From contig CAZZBS010000001.1 of the NCBI GenBank assembly GCA_964652685.1, positions 129,298-193,297 on the forward strand: a DNA stretch of 64,000 bases, given 5' to 3'. The DNA is from an uncultured Lentimicrobiaceae bacterium. Its GTDB lineage: Bacteria; Bacteroidota; Bacteroidia; Bacteroidales; SKPS01. Both the position numbers and the translations under genes were made by a program. The notes under the pieces were generated by a model. The model ran no database searches, had not been told where the DNA came from, and saw only the letters and a program-made list of their open reading frames with translations. Of this stretch, positions 37,380 to 47,102 are shown one piece after another; the stretch's first letter is position 1; each line of letters opens with the position of its first letter.

Positions 37380-39863
37380 TCAGTAAGGGTCCACATCAAT
37401 GATGAGCCGCACCTTCCCTGAGCGTTGGGCTGATTGCTGTTTTAATACCTGTTCCAGTATCCATTGTTTCTTTGCGGTAAGATATTTATCCGGTATAAGT
37501 TTAATCAGGATATGGCGCAGATATTCATCCTTAATTCTCGACACAAGCGGGTATTCGGGCCCAAGCACAGCACTGCCCAGTTTTGCCCTGAGATCATCGG
37601 CCAGGCGATAGGAGGTTTCATTCAAAGCGGAAGTTTGTTTTGATTTACAGACAATACGTATCAGTCTGGTGAAAGGAGGATAGGAATAGTGGCTCCGCTC
37701 TGTAATCTGCAGGTTATAGAGGCCCATGTAATCGTGCGCTTTGGCCAGTCTGATCACCTCATGGGAAGGACGGCCGGTCTGGATCACGACGATCCCCCTG
37801 GTTGCCTGTCTTCCGGCCCGCCCGCTGACCTGGAGAATATGCTGAAAACTGCGTTCAAAGCTTCTAAAATCCGGGAAAGCGATCATACTGTCGGCATCCA
37901 TGATCCCTACCACCGCTACATGACTGAAATCCAATCCTTTGGTCACCATCTGGGTGCCAATCAGGATATCAATCTTCTGTGCTTCAAAATCTTCGATGAT
38001 AGATTGATAGGCAGTCCGGGTGCGGGTGGTATCAAAGTCCATCCGTTGTAACCTGGCTTTCGGAAAGAAGATCCTGATCTCCTCCTCTATCTTTTCTGTG
38101 CCAAAGCCGGTTGTTCTGATCTCCGGTGAGGTACATTCATCACATTTCGAAGGTATTTTCCTTAAATATCCGCAGTAGTGGCATTTCAGCCTGTCGATGA
38201 ATTTATGATAAGTTAAGGTCACGTCACAGTGAGGGCATCCAGGGTGCCATCCGCACTGTTCACAGACAAGCCGGAGAGAAAATCCCCTTCTGTTCTGGAA
38301 GAGGATAATCTGCATTCCTGCTTTCAGTGCCTTTTCGATATGTTGAAGGAGAAGGGGTGTATAGTGCGACTTCAGCTCTTTTCTGCGCCGTGCTTCAGCC
38401 ACATCGGCGATAAGGATCTCAGGCAGCACGCTTTTACCGTATCGCACCGGAAGTTGCACCAGATGGTATTTACCTGACACTGCGTTGTACATGGATTCCA
38501 TTGCCGGTGTGGCGGAACCGAGCAGCACAGGTATTCCCAGCTGTGAGGCCAGCATGATGGCTGCATCGCGCCCCTGGTAGCGCGGAGCCGGATCAAACTG
38601 CTTGAAGGAGTGATCGTGCTCCTCATCCACGATGACCAGGCCGGCATCGGTGAGCGGGACGAACAGTGCCGAGCGTGCACCGACAATCACCCAGGGATCA
38701 TTGTCCTCTCCGGCGAATTGGATGACCTTATTCCAGAGTTCCGTCCTTTCACGGTCGGAATACCTTGAATGATAGACCTGGACCCTGTCCCCGAAAAAAT
38801 CCCTCAGCCGGTTGATGATCTGGCTCGTAAGAGCTATTTCCGGAAGGATATACAAAACCTGTTTACCGGCGGTTATCATCTCATGGATCAGGCGGATATA
38901 GATTTCCGTTTTACCGCTGCCGGTAACACCATGCAACAGCACAGGTTTTCCCTGGTCGATACCCTCTCTGATGCCGGCAAGGGCTTCCTGTTGTTCGGCA
39001 TTGAAAACGATCTGGTCAACATGCTTGGTTGCATCATAATGACCCAATCTGGATACTTCGACCTGGAATTCCTCCAAAATCTTCTTGTCTGTCAACGCTT
39101 TAAGCGCAGCAGGACCGGCACCCGCCTTCCCAAGAAGGTCGGCTTTGGCCATGGATGCACTACAAACATCACCACCAGCCACCTGCAGAAAACACATCAT
39201 CAGTTCCAGCTGCCTGAAGGCCCGTTTGCCCAGTTCGTCCAGCAGTTCTTTCAGCGGTTCATCTTCATGGTAACCCTTGCATAGCCGTACCCGGGTCTGT
39301 GACTTTGGCCGGTAAGACTCGGCTATGGATTCGGAGGAGATGACCACCTCCTTGTCAATAAGTCCCTGGATAAGGTTCATCACCTTTTTCTGATCCACTA
39401 TATCACAGATCTGGCTTATGGAGAGCGATTCTGAGAACTGTAACGCTTCAATGATGAGGTATTCCTTGTCCGTAAGGCGGCTCATATCACCGTTAAAGGC
39501 GGGATTAATGGATATGGCAGTTTCACTTTCGAGGCGGAAGGAGGCAGGCAGCGCGGCAACCATTACCTCGCCGGGTGTACAAAGATAGTAGCGTGCCATC
39601 CACTCCCAGAAAAGAAAATGGATTTCCCTGATGACAGGCCTGTCATCGAGCACAGCAAGCACCTCCTTCAGTGTCATGTCAGTTTGCGTTTCCGGCAAGA
39701 TCCTTCTGACCAGGCCTGCCAGCAGCCGTTTCTTTCCGAAAGGTACCACCACCCTTATCCCCGGCACCACGGCCTCCCGGAGTAAAGGGGGTACCAGATA
39801 GGAGAAATATCCCGGCAGGGGAACCGGGAGAATCACTTCGGCAATGTTCAACTGCTCCTGCAT
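37380..39863 (-). CDS. priA: primosomal protein N' (replication restart helicase PriA)
   Basis: HGVTGSGKTE Walker A, VDEEHD, and a Cys-rich zinc region (CEQCGWHPGCPHCDVTLTYH...CHYCGY...CDEC); 827 aa. Confidence 0.95.
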   Translation of the reverse strand: MQEQLNIAEVILPVPLPGYFSYLVPPLLREAVVPGIRVVVPFGKKRLLAGLVRRILPETQTDMTLKEVLAVLDDRPVIREIHFLFWEWMARYYLCTPGEVMVAALPASFRLESETAISINPAFNGDMSRLTDKEYLIIEALQFSESLSISQICDIVDQKKVMNLIQGLIDKEVVISSESIAESYRPKSQTRVRLCKGYHEDEPLKELLDELGKRAFRQLELMMCFLQVAGGDVCSASMAKADLLGKAGAGPAALKALTDKKILEEFQVEVSRLGHYDATKHVDQIVFNAEQQEALAGIREGIDQGKPVLLHGVTGSGKTEIYIRLIHEMITAGKQVLYILPEIALTSQIINRLRDFFGDRVQVYHSRYSDRERTELWNKVIQFAGEDNDPWVIVGARSALFVPLTDAGLVIVDEEHDHSFKQFDPAPRYQGRDAAIMLASQLGIPVLLGSATPAMESMYNAVSGKYHLVQLPVRYGKSVLPEILIADVAEARRRKELKSHYTPLLLQHIEKALKAGMQIILFQNRRGFSLRLVCEQCGWHPGCPHCDVTLTYHKFIDRLKCHYCGYLRKIPSKCDECTSPEIRTTGFGTEKIEEEIRIFFPKARLQRMDFDTTRTRTAYQSIIEDFEAQKIDILIGTQMVTKGLDFSHVAVVGIMDADSMIAFPDFRSFERSFQHILQVSGRAGRQATRGIVVIQTGRPSHEVIRLAKAHDYMGLYNLQITERSHYSYPPFTRLIRIVCKSKQTSALNETSYRLADDLRAKLGSAVLGPEYPLVSRIKDEYLRHILIKLIPDKYLTAKKQWILEQVLKQQSAQRSGKVRLIIDVDPY

Positions 39864-39874
39864 CTGACCAGATT

Positions 39875-40858
39875 TTACAGCGAAAGGATCCTGGCCATTT
39901 CCAGCATCTGCCTGTTGATTTCCTGGTGGTGTTTGGCTGCCTGAGAAAAGGGGGTGAAAACGATTTTTTTATCAACCTGACCTACCATGACCCTTGAATG
40001 CCCGTTGAGCAAGGCGAGCACAGCCTCATACCCCAGGGTGCTTGCCAGCACCCGGTCCATGCAGGAAGGAGAACCTCCCCGCTGGATATGGCCCAGGATG
40101 GTCACCCGTGTGGAATAACCAGAGAATTTGCTGTTTACTTTTCCGGCCACGGCAAAGGCACCTCCCAGTTCATCCCCTTCTGCCACGATAATGATACCTG
40201 ATGTTTTACTCTCCCTCCGATTGTGCTGCAGTTTTTCAATCAGATCGTCAATACAGGTTTTGGTTTCAGGGATCAGGATATCCTCAGCCCCTGTTGCTAT
40301 ACCGCTGCGCAGTGCGATAAAACCGGCATCACGGCCCATCACTTCGATAAAGAAAAGTCTGTTGTGCGAGCCGGCGGTATCCCTGATCTTATCAACCGCT
40401 TCCACCACGGTATTAATGGCTGTATCATATCCTATGGTGAAATCGCTTCCATACAAGTCGTTGTCGATGGTGCCTGGAATCCCGATCACCTTTACCGGGT
40501 AAAGACTGCTGAACTCCTCCGCTCCTTTGAAAGTACCGTCCCCCCCTATCACGACCAATCCATCGATGCCGTATTGCATAAGTGTTTCAAACGCCTGCTG
40601 CATGCCAATGGCTGACTTGAAACGTTCGCTTCTGGCTGACTGGAGGATGGTACCTCCCCGCTGGATGATCCTGGCCACTGAGACGTAATCCATGGACATG
40701 ATATCACCGTCGATCAATCCTTCGTAACCCCGGTAAATGCCAAAGACTTTCAGTTTTTGGTATAAAGCGGTCCTTACTACGGCGCGGATGGCCGCATTCA
40801 TACCCGGAGCGTCACCACCGCTGGTAAGCACGCCAATGGAGTGTATCGTTTTTCTCAT
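39875..40858 (-). CDS. pfkA: ATP-dependent 6-phosphofructokinase
   Basis: IGVLTSGGDAPGMNAA, IGGDGT and MGRDAG motifs; 327 aa. Confidence 0.95.
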   Translation of the reverse strand: MRKTIHSIGVLTSGGDAPGMNAAIRAVVRTALYQKLKVFGIYRGYEGLIDGDIMSMDYVSVARIIQRGGTILQSARSERFKSAIGMQQAFETLMQYGIDGLVVIGGDGTFKGAEEFSSLYPVKVIGIPGTIDNDLYGSDFTIGYDTAINTVVEAVDKIRDTAGSHNRLFFIEVMGRDAGFIALRSGIATGAEDILIPETKTCIDDLIEKLQHNRRESKTSGIIIVAEGDELGGAFAVAGKVNSKFSGYSTRVTILGHIQRGGSPSCMDRVLASTLGYEAVLALLNGHSRVMVGQVDKKIVFTPFSQAAKHHQEINRQMLEMARILSL

Positions 40859-40913
40859 GGAAAATTAATGACAATGAATAATGAAGACACAAAGAAAATG
40901 AAAAGCGCGGATA

Positions 40914-42095
40914 CTACCGGGATGGATTTTCAGAAATCGCTTGTTTTCTACTTTTCAGATCTCCATTAAAAAGATCAAATCCCATAAGCCGGCATTCGAG
41001 TTTACCGTTGTAAAGAGTATATCGTGCGTGTGATTTCAGTCCGATGGCCTTCATGGCATCTGTATCGGAGCTGATGATCCATGCAGAGAAACCGGCAAAT
41101 CTCCTTTTCAATGTATCTCCAATATTACGGTACAGTGCAATTAGGTTTTCCCTCCTGAGCCGTTCACCATAAGGGGGATTGATCACCACAAATCCCTTGT
41201 TGACAGGCGGCTTTAGCTCCATAAAATCCGCCCTCCCGAGGGAGATATCCTTATGAAGCCTGATAAGGTTGATGTTATCCCTGGCAATCATGAGGTTACT
41301 TTCGGAGATGTCGTATCCGAAGATCTGTAATTCGGCGTCAAGCTGATGGGAGAATACCTCTTCACGGATTTTTTTCCAGGCGAACCGGTTATAATCGGGC
41401 CATTTCATAAAAGCATAGAAAGATCTGTTAAAACCGGGCGGTATATTCATGCCGATGAGGGCTGCCTCAATGGGGATCGTACCGGATCCGCACATGGGAT
41501 CGATCAGGGGGGTATCGGGTGACCACCGGCTCAGTTTCAGGATGCCGGCAGCCAGAACTTCGTTGATGGGTGCTGCAACCGTCCTAATCCGGTATCCCCT
41601 TTTGAACAGTGCCTCACCTGTACTGTCCAGATAGACGGCGCATTCAGTTCCTTTGATCGCCAGCAGCAGTGTAAAATCGGGATTCTCTTTACTGATAGAA
41701 GGGCGCTGATTGAAGCGTGAGCGGAACTGGTCCACGATGGCATCTTTTGCCAGCTGAACGGCGTACAACGGATTGGAGAAATATGGGGAAACAATGGTAT
41801 TATCGATCCTGAAGGTTTGGTCCACCCCGATCCACTTCCACCAGGGCACAGTTCCCACACCATCGTAAAGGTCGGCGGCCTTACCGATTTCGAAGGTATT
41901 GATAAGCCTGAAGAATCTAAGGGCGAGCCTGCTCCAGAGATTCAACCGGTACACCAGCGGGTTGTCTGCCGTAAAGGTTACGGCTCTGACTCCTGTAACC
42001 GGATTTTCCACACCCAGTTCCAATAATTCCTCCGCCAGGACATCTTCCAGTCCGGCAAGTGTTTTTGCAAGTACCTGATAACTTCCTTTGTCCAC
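40914..42095 (-). CDS. THUMP-domain class I SAM-dependent RNA methyltransferase
   Basis: A THUMP-like N-terminal half, then DPMCGSGT (motif I) and NPPYG (motif IV). GTG 42095 is proposed as the start because it abuts the upstream stop. ATG 42149 from the ORF track would overlap that gene by 53 nt. Confidence 0.8.
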   Translation of the reverse strand: MDKGSYQVLAKTLAGLEDVLAEELLELGVENPVTGVRAVTFTADNPLVYRLNLWSRLALRFFRLINTFEIGKAADLYDGVGTVPWWKWIGVDQTFRIDNTIVSPYFSNPLYAVQLAKDAIVDQFRSRFNQRPSISKENPDFTLLLAIKGTECAVYLDSTGEALFKRGYRIRTVAAPINEVLAAGILKLSRWSPDTPLIDPMCGSGTIPIEAALIGMNIPPGFNRSFYAFMKWPDYNRFAWKKIREEVFSHQLDAELQIFGYDISESNLMIARDNINLIRLHKDISLGRADFMELKPPVNKGFVVINPPYGERLRRENLIALYRNIGDTLKRRFAGFSAWIISSDTDAMKAIGLKSHARYTLYNGKLECRLMGFDLFNGDLKSRKQAISENPSR

Positions 42096-42096
42096 C

Positions 42097-42921
42097 TTAC
42101 CAATGTCTGACCACCATTTTTGCACTGATCGAATGCTGATCCCAAACAAACCGGGTCAGGTAGCATCCGTCAGGAAGGGCTGAAATATCCACCTTCATTC
42201 TGTCGGCCTCTTTCCAGGAGATTTGTTTCACCAATTGCCCACTTGTAGCAAAAATCTGGAAAACGCCATTTTCGACTGCGGTTTCAAGGTCGAGGTTGAT
42301 GATGTCATCGGCAGGATTCGGGAAGAGATAAAGCTTATTCCCCAGGTTTTCCTCATGGGCAATTCCCTGTGTCCCATATTGTATCACAACCTTCCTTGAG
42401 ACGTAAACAATATCCCCTGAATTCTGATTGTCACCGTTTGCTCCAATGAAAGCACCATAAAAACAAACCGTTCCCATCGGTGAACTGGGTGCGGTCCATC
42501 TGAACATCCAAACAGCCGAATCCTGGCCGGCAGTACCAGTTGAGGTGTGTGTAATATAGTTGGTGTTCTGAACCTGCGTTCTGGCAGCATCGGTTACCAC
42601 AGGCACACCTGTCTTTGTACCATCATCAGGTTTCTCAACGGTGATAAGAAAGCCGAATTTGGTACAAGCAGGTTTTTCTGCTTTTGCTTTAATATTATAC
42701 TGAACGGTTGGCGACCAGCCATCTGCCAGTTCTGTTGAAGTGATCCACCCCAACTTTTCATTGTTGTTACTGGCATGACACTGTACACACGTAAGATTAT
42801 TGTTCCCCGGTGAACCCGAAGCATTGGTGGGAGCTCCTGCCGAAAAACCGATCAGTTCAGCCGTAATGAACATAAAGACAACGATAAAAGAGCTCAGCAA
42901 AACGATGTATTTATATTTCAT
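42097..42921 (-). CDS. secreted T9SS cargo protein with N-terminal CxxCH motif, unknown function
   Basis: Signal/TM, then GAPTNASGSPGNNNLTCVQCHAS, then a beta-rich middle. The C-terminus LYLFPNPADDIINL...DGCYLTRF... resembles a T9SS sorting domain. Confidence 0.7.
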   Translation of the reverse strand: MKYKYIVLLSSFIVVFMFITAELIGFSAGAPTNASGSPGNNNLTCVQCHASNNNEKLGWITSTELADGWSPTVQYNIKAKAEKPACTKFGFLITVEKPDDGTKTGVPVVTDAARTQVQNTNYITHTSTGTAGQDSAVWMFRWTAPSSPMGTVCFYGAFIGANGDNQNSGDIVYVSRKVVIQYGTQGIAHEENLGNKLYLFPNPADDIINLDLETAVENGVFQIFATSGQLVKQISWKEADRMKVDISALPDGCYLTRFVWDQHSISAKMVVRHW

Positions 42922-43022
42922 GATGTAGGGTTTTGGTGAGACATTAATGTTCTGTTGATTGAGGGTTGCAGTTCACTATGTAAAGATACAAAAAAAATAG
43001 GGAGATTTTTCAGGTTTGTACA

Positions 43023-43436
43023 TTATAACTTTTCATGCTGCTGCCGGTCCTGTTCCAGTTTGTCCATAAATCGAGCTGTATTCACCATATACCTCTTATG
43101 TACAGCTTGGCCTATCTCGCCTTTCTCATCCCTGACGATGATAAGGAAGGTGAACAATCTTTCCTCTACCGCCTCCAGGGTCGCTTCACAAATGATTTTT
43201 TTTCCTACACCTGTAGCTCGGCTATGTTTTACATTGATTTCAATACCCAGTGTTATGTATCCATCCGGAAGAAAGGGCCGGACAACTTCCTGAGCTGTTG
43301 CTTCCATAAATCCCACCATTGCTGGTGTGGCATATACTGGTATCAGTCCGGAACCATAACTTCTTGCTGTGTCTTCATACTGAACGATCTTCTCTCTGAT
43401 ACAGGTCAGGCCTGCTTCCAGGTTATGTGTTCCCAT
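43023..43436 (-). CDS. hotdog-fold thioesterase family protein
   Basis: Trimmed to ATG 43436 (MGTHNLEAG...), 5 nt after the upstream stop. YGSGLIPVYATPAMVGFME...GIEINVKHSRATGVG is typical of small acyl-CoA thioesterases. Confidence 0.7.
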   Translation of the reverse strand: MGTHNLEAGLTCIREKIVQYEDTARSYGSGLIPVYATPAMVGFMEATAQEVVRPFLPDGYITLGIEINVKHSRATGVGKKIICEATLEAVEERLFTFLIIVRDEKGEIGQAVHKRYMVNTARFMDKLEQDRQQHEKL

Positions 43437-43440
43437 GGCT

Positions 43441-43890
43441 TTAAAAATTGAACCGGATGGTCTGGACAAGATCGGTGTGAAGGCTTTGAGAGACCGGACA
43501 AGTTCTGGCTGCAGCTTCAATCAGTTTTTTTTCTTTAAGGGAATAATTGTTATGAGGGAAGTTGAAATCGATGATAATCTCTTTCACTCTGCGCGGAGCC
43601 TGGCCCATGATTTTGGTAATATCGATGCGGGTGGCGTCGATACTGAATCCATGCTCCCTGGCTGATATTCCCATGATAGTAAGCATGCAGCTTCCAAGTG
43701 CAGTAGCCAGCAGATCGGTGGGAGAAAAGGCTTCACCTTTCCCCTGGTTATCCAGCGGGGCATCGGTGATAAGGATATTACCGGATTGGATATGCTTTGC
43801 TTCGGTGCGGAGATCTCCGATGTACATTGTTGAAACTGTGATCATGATTATCTGTTTTGATGGAGATAAACTATATTCAATACCCGCCAT
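43441..43890 (-). CDS. OsmC-family peroxiredoxin-like protein
   Basis: PTDLLATALGSCMLT and RTCPVSQSL carry the two conserved OsmC/Ohr cysteines. An alternative start at ATG 43845 would give 134 aa. Confidence 0.75.
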   Translation of the reverse strand: MAGIEYSLSPSKQIIMITVSTMYIGDLRTEAKHIQSGNILITDAPLDNQGKGEAFSPTDLLATALGSCMLTIMGISAREHGFSIDATRIDITKIMGQAPRRVKEIIIDFNFPHNNYSLKEKKLIEAAARTCPVSQSLHTDLVQTIRFNF

Positions 43891-43909
43891 ATTGTCATAT
43901 GGTGAAGTT

Positions 43910-43917
43910 CAAAAATA
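43910..43917 (-). promoter_or_regulatory. -7 box TATTTTTG upstream of osmC-like gene
   Basis: Exact match on the minus strand, 19 nt upstream of ATG 43890. Confidence 0.4.
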
Positions 43918-43999
43918 CACAAAATATCTTCGGAATGATTTTTCTGTGAATTTCAACAACAATGTCGCGGGAATTAACCAGTCCGGTTCCAGGGTAACC

Positions 44000-44030
44000 T
44001 TGCACGGCAGGAAATCAAACGGTATCTTTG
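44000..44030 (+). promoter_or_regulatory. full promoter TTG-N20-TATCTTTG upstream of the 1009-aa hydrolase gene
   Basis: A -33-like TTG (44000-44002) and a -7 TATCTTTG (44023-44030) lie 42 nt upstream of ATG 44073. Confidence 0.5.
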
Positions 44031-44072
44031 TGGTCATGATAGTCACCCACGGTTATCTGCAGGTTATTTCCA

Positions 44073-47000
44073 ATGGAGGTACAGAAGAGCGCTGATAAGA
44101 TGCAACAAGATGATACACAGGAAAAGGAGGGCGGTACATTATCCCGTCCTGTTGTTTTCGCTGTGATCACCGCACTTCTGCTGATCGTCGCCATATTTCT
44201 TTATCCTCTTTTCAGGAAACAGGTCAGGATAATTGAACAGTTTCCTTTTCTGGAAATAGAGGGATACTGGGCCGACAGCACCATTCTTACGCTGTCTGTA
44301 TCCGGTAAGTCAGCCCAGATGATCATCCGGCTTCCAGACACCCCGGCCCTGGGGAACGCTAAAACCATCCTGCCAGGTATAGACGGATCGGGGATCATGT
44401 TCCCCCCTGACAGTCTGCTAAACTACAAATCAGACCTACAGCCTGCTGAAAATCTGCCATTGCCTTACCTGGCAGGTTTGCGTTCTGTGGACAGTCTGAA
44501 GGATTTCCCCGTATGGATTGATCGGGAAGGGCTGCTCAGCATCCGCAACGATTCGCTGCTTACATGTTACCTGGTCAACCACCTGGAGTTGGCACGGTAC
44601 GCAGGGGCAACCATGGTGATATATCCGTTATGGGAGGAAAGAGGTCACACAAAAGCCCTTCCTGATACTCTCCTTCTACAGCGGCAGGTACGGCTGACCA
44701 CCTTTTTCAGGGTAGAAGCCATGAAAAGAGGTATGATCCCAGTGCTGCCGTTGGCACACACTGCTCTGACCCTGGCACCTCCGGGCAATTTCCTTGACTC
44801 CGTTGTCAACAGACTTTTCAGAAATATCATCCATCAGAACCTGCCGACCCTGCTGATAGATACCATCCCTGCTTCACTAACACAGAACCAGGGACTGAAG
44901 CATTTCCTGAAGAGACAATACGGTTTTTCAGGCCTGATCTTCTTAAAAAGGAACACACATGACAACAGGGAGTTGATCAATGCTCTGAATTGCGGTGCCG
45001 ACTTAATCCTGTCGGCCATTCCTGTCGATCAGATCATCAGCCATTCTACCGGGAAGATCCTCAACGACAAAGAGATGCTGCTCAGACTGCATGCTTCTGC
45101 CCTCCGTGTGCTATACTTCAAGGAATGGTTGTTACAACATCAGGTTGCGTCCGGCCAGGAGCTCTGCCCCACTCCCTCTTCTGTCAGGATGACTCAACTG
45201 AACCTGCTGCTCCTGGAGAAGTCCATTATCCGAATTAAGGACACCGGAAATCTCGTTCCCTTCCAAAACCTCCTAGCAACGACCTTTCTGATCCATCTTC
45301 CGGAAGGTATCGATTTTTCAACATTTACTCAATATTTCAATTACTTTGCTGATTTTCAAATCCGAAGATATCCCACCTATAAAAAGATCCGCCTCATGGA
45401 AGGAGCTTGCAACATCATTGTAACAGATGGCCTTCCGGGGAGGGGATCTCCTAATATCATCCAGGGTGAATCTCGCCGGGGTAAAACAAGGACAAAACTG
45501 ATCTGCCTGCATTTCGGCAAAACGAAACAACTCGCCGGATGGTTGTCTTTACCCACAGTTGTGCATGTTGGAGTGAACAATATACATGCACAGCGGACAG
45601 CAGCCAATTTTCTGTTTGGTGGAGCGGCCTGTGACGGGATGATCCCATGGGATATTCACCCGGGGTTTCTTGCCGGTGCCGGTCTACCCGCCACAGGCAG
45701 GATCAGATTAAATTACACCCTGCCCGAAGAGATTGGTATCGAGAGCGATTTCCTGCTAAGGATTGATTCCATTGCGACAGAGGCCATACTGAACGGGGCA
45801 TTCCCCGGTTGCCAGATTTTCATCGCCAAAGATGGGAATGTCATCTATCACAAAGCATTTGGTCAAACAGCTTACGAGAACGGCATACCGGTTCAGTGGA
45901 CCCATCTGTATGACATTGCCTCCATGACAAAAACAGCAGCCACCACGCTGGCATTCATGAAAATGTACGAAAGTGGCAGGATGAAGTTGGGGGATATACT
46001 CGGTCGTTTTTTTAAGGACCGAACCACCTCTTTCGGTTATATCATCCTTGACACTCTGATCCGGCAGGATACCATCACCGCGAAAGGACGTGAGAAAGAC
46101 CGGGAAAAGAGACTGGCAGCTTATGCTCATCACCAGCAAATCAACGATACCTTATACCTGGTTACTGACACCCTTGTTTTCAGCACTTCGACAAAGCGGA
46201 ATGTGTTCAGGATCCCACTTCGTAAGTTCCTCAACCATCAGTCAGGTTTGCCTGCTGCCCTGCCTATAGCACCTTTTCTTTCAACCTTTGACCGGAGAAC
46301 AGGAACGAACCGTTTCAGGGACTATTATTCCCCTGGTTACCTTAAAGACAGTGCGACCATCCGGGTGGCCAAGGACATGTATCTTTTCAATCATTATCTT
46401 GATACCCTTTGGATGCGGGCCAAAGCAACGGGCATACATCCCTCAGCAGTTTACCTGTACAGCGATGCCAACATGGTATTTGTTCAACAGGCCATTGACA
46501 GTGTGAACAAAAAGCCGATCGATATTTTCCTAACGGAAGAGATTTACAAACCTCTCGGATTGCGAAACTGTACCTTCAATCCAGTTGACCGATTTTCTCT
46601 TGAGCAGATCGTGCCTACAGCCAATGATATTCGTTGGAGGAAACAACTGATACATGGTTATGTGCATGATCCAACCGCTGCATTGTTCGGGGGTGTTGCC
46701 GGGAATGCCGGTCTGTTTGCCAATGCAAACGACCTGGGCGTCCTTCACCAGATGCTGCTTCAGGGAGGTGAATACGGGGGGGTAAGGTTTTATGCCAAAG
46801 AAACAGTTGACCTATTCACTTCGCGGCAGGAGGTTGGGTACCGCGCACTGGGATTTGACATGAAAGCTGGGGAGAAGAGCATCACAGCTGCATCGGCATC
46901 AAAAGGCACTTATGGCCATACCGGTTTCACAGGAACGTGCGCATGGGTTGATCCTGAAAACCGGATCATATTCGTTTTCCTGTCCAACAGAATACATCCA

Positions 47001-47102
47001 AACACTGAGAACCAGAAGATCAATTATTTCAAGGTTCGCGAGAAAATTCACCAGGTTATTTATGATGCGCTGGAGGCCTCGGAACAAGATCCATCAGAAT
47101 AG
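44073..47102 (+). CDS. large membrane-anchored protein: GH3-like N-terminal region (possibly inactive) fused to beta-lactamase-family serine hydrolase
   Basis: N-terminal TM (VVFAVITALLLIVAIFLY). The C-terminal ~400 aa carry SMTK (SxxK) and GHTGFTG (HTG) motifs of class C beta-lactamase/PBP-like hydrolases. The N-terminal region shows only degenerate NagZ-like strings (IDREGLL, LKRQYGFSGLIFLK). Confidence 0.8.
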   Translation: MEVQKSADKMQQDDTQEKEGGTLSRPVVFAVITALLLIVAIFLYPLFRKQVRIIEQFPFLEIEGYWADSTILTLSVSGKSAQMIIRLPDTPALGNAKTILPGIDGSGIMFPPDSLLNYKSDLQPAENLPLPYLAGLRSVDSLKDFPVWIDREGLLSIRNDSLLTCYLVNHLELARYAGATMVIYPLWEERGHTKALPDTLLLQRQVRLTTFFRVEAMKRGMIPVLPLAHTALTLAPPGNFLDSVVNRLFRNIIHQNLPTLLIDTIPASLTQNQGLKHFLKRQYGFSGLIFLKRNTHDNRELINALNCGADLILSAIPVDQIISHSTGKILNDKEMLLRLHASALRVLYFKEWLLQHQVASGQELCPTPSSVRMTQLNLLLLEKSIIRIKDTGNLVPFQNLLATTFLIHLPEGIDFSTFTQYFNYFADFQIRRYPTYKKIRLMEGACNIIVTDGLPGRGSPNIIQGESRRGKTRTKLICLHFGKTKQLAGWLSLPTVVHVGVNNIHAQRTAANFLFGGAACDGMIPWDIHPGFLAGAGLPATGRIRLNYTLPEEIGIESDFLLRIDSIATEAILNGAFPGCQIFIAKDGNVIYHKAFGQTAYENGIPVQWTHLYDIASMTKTAATTLAFMKMYESGRMKLGDILGRFFKDRTTSFGYIILDTLIRQDTITAKGREKDREKRLAAYAHHQQINDTLYLVTDTLVFSTSTKRNVFRIPLRKFLNHQSGLPAALPIAPFLSTFDRRTGTNRFRDYYSPGYLKDSATIRVAKDMYLFNHYLDTLWMRAKATGIHPSAVYLYSDANMVFVQQAIDSVNKKPIDIFLTEEIYKPLGLRNCTFNPVDRFSLEQIVPTANDIRWRKQLIHGYVHDPTAALFGGVAGNAGLFANANDLGVLHQMLLQGGEYGGVRFYAKETVDLFTSRQEVGYRALGFDMKAGEKSITAASASKGTYGHTGFTGTCAWVDPENRIIFVFLSNRIHPNTENQKINYFKVREKIHQVIYDALEASEQDPSE

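Noticed and set aside
43562-44095. 177-aa plus-strand ORF spanning the osmC-like gene and the promoter region of the 1009-aa gene
   Set aside because: It overlaps the OsmC gene in antisense and runs through the mapped TTG-N20-TATCTTTG promoter. No domain signature is present.
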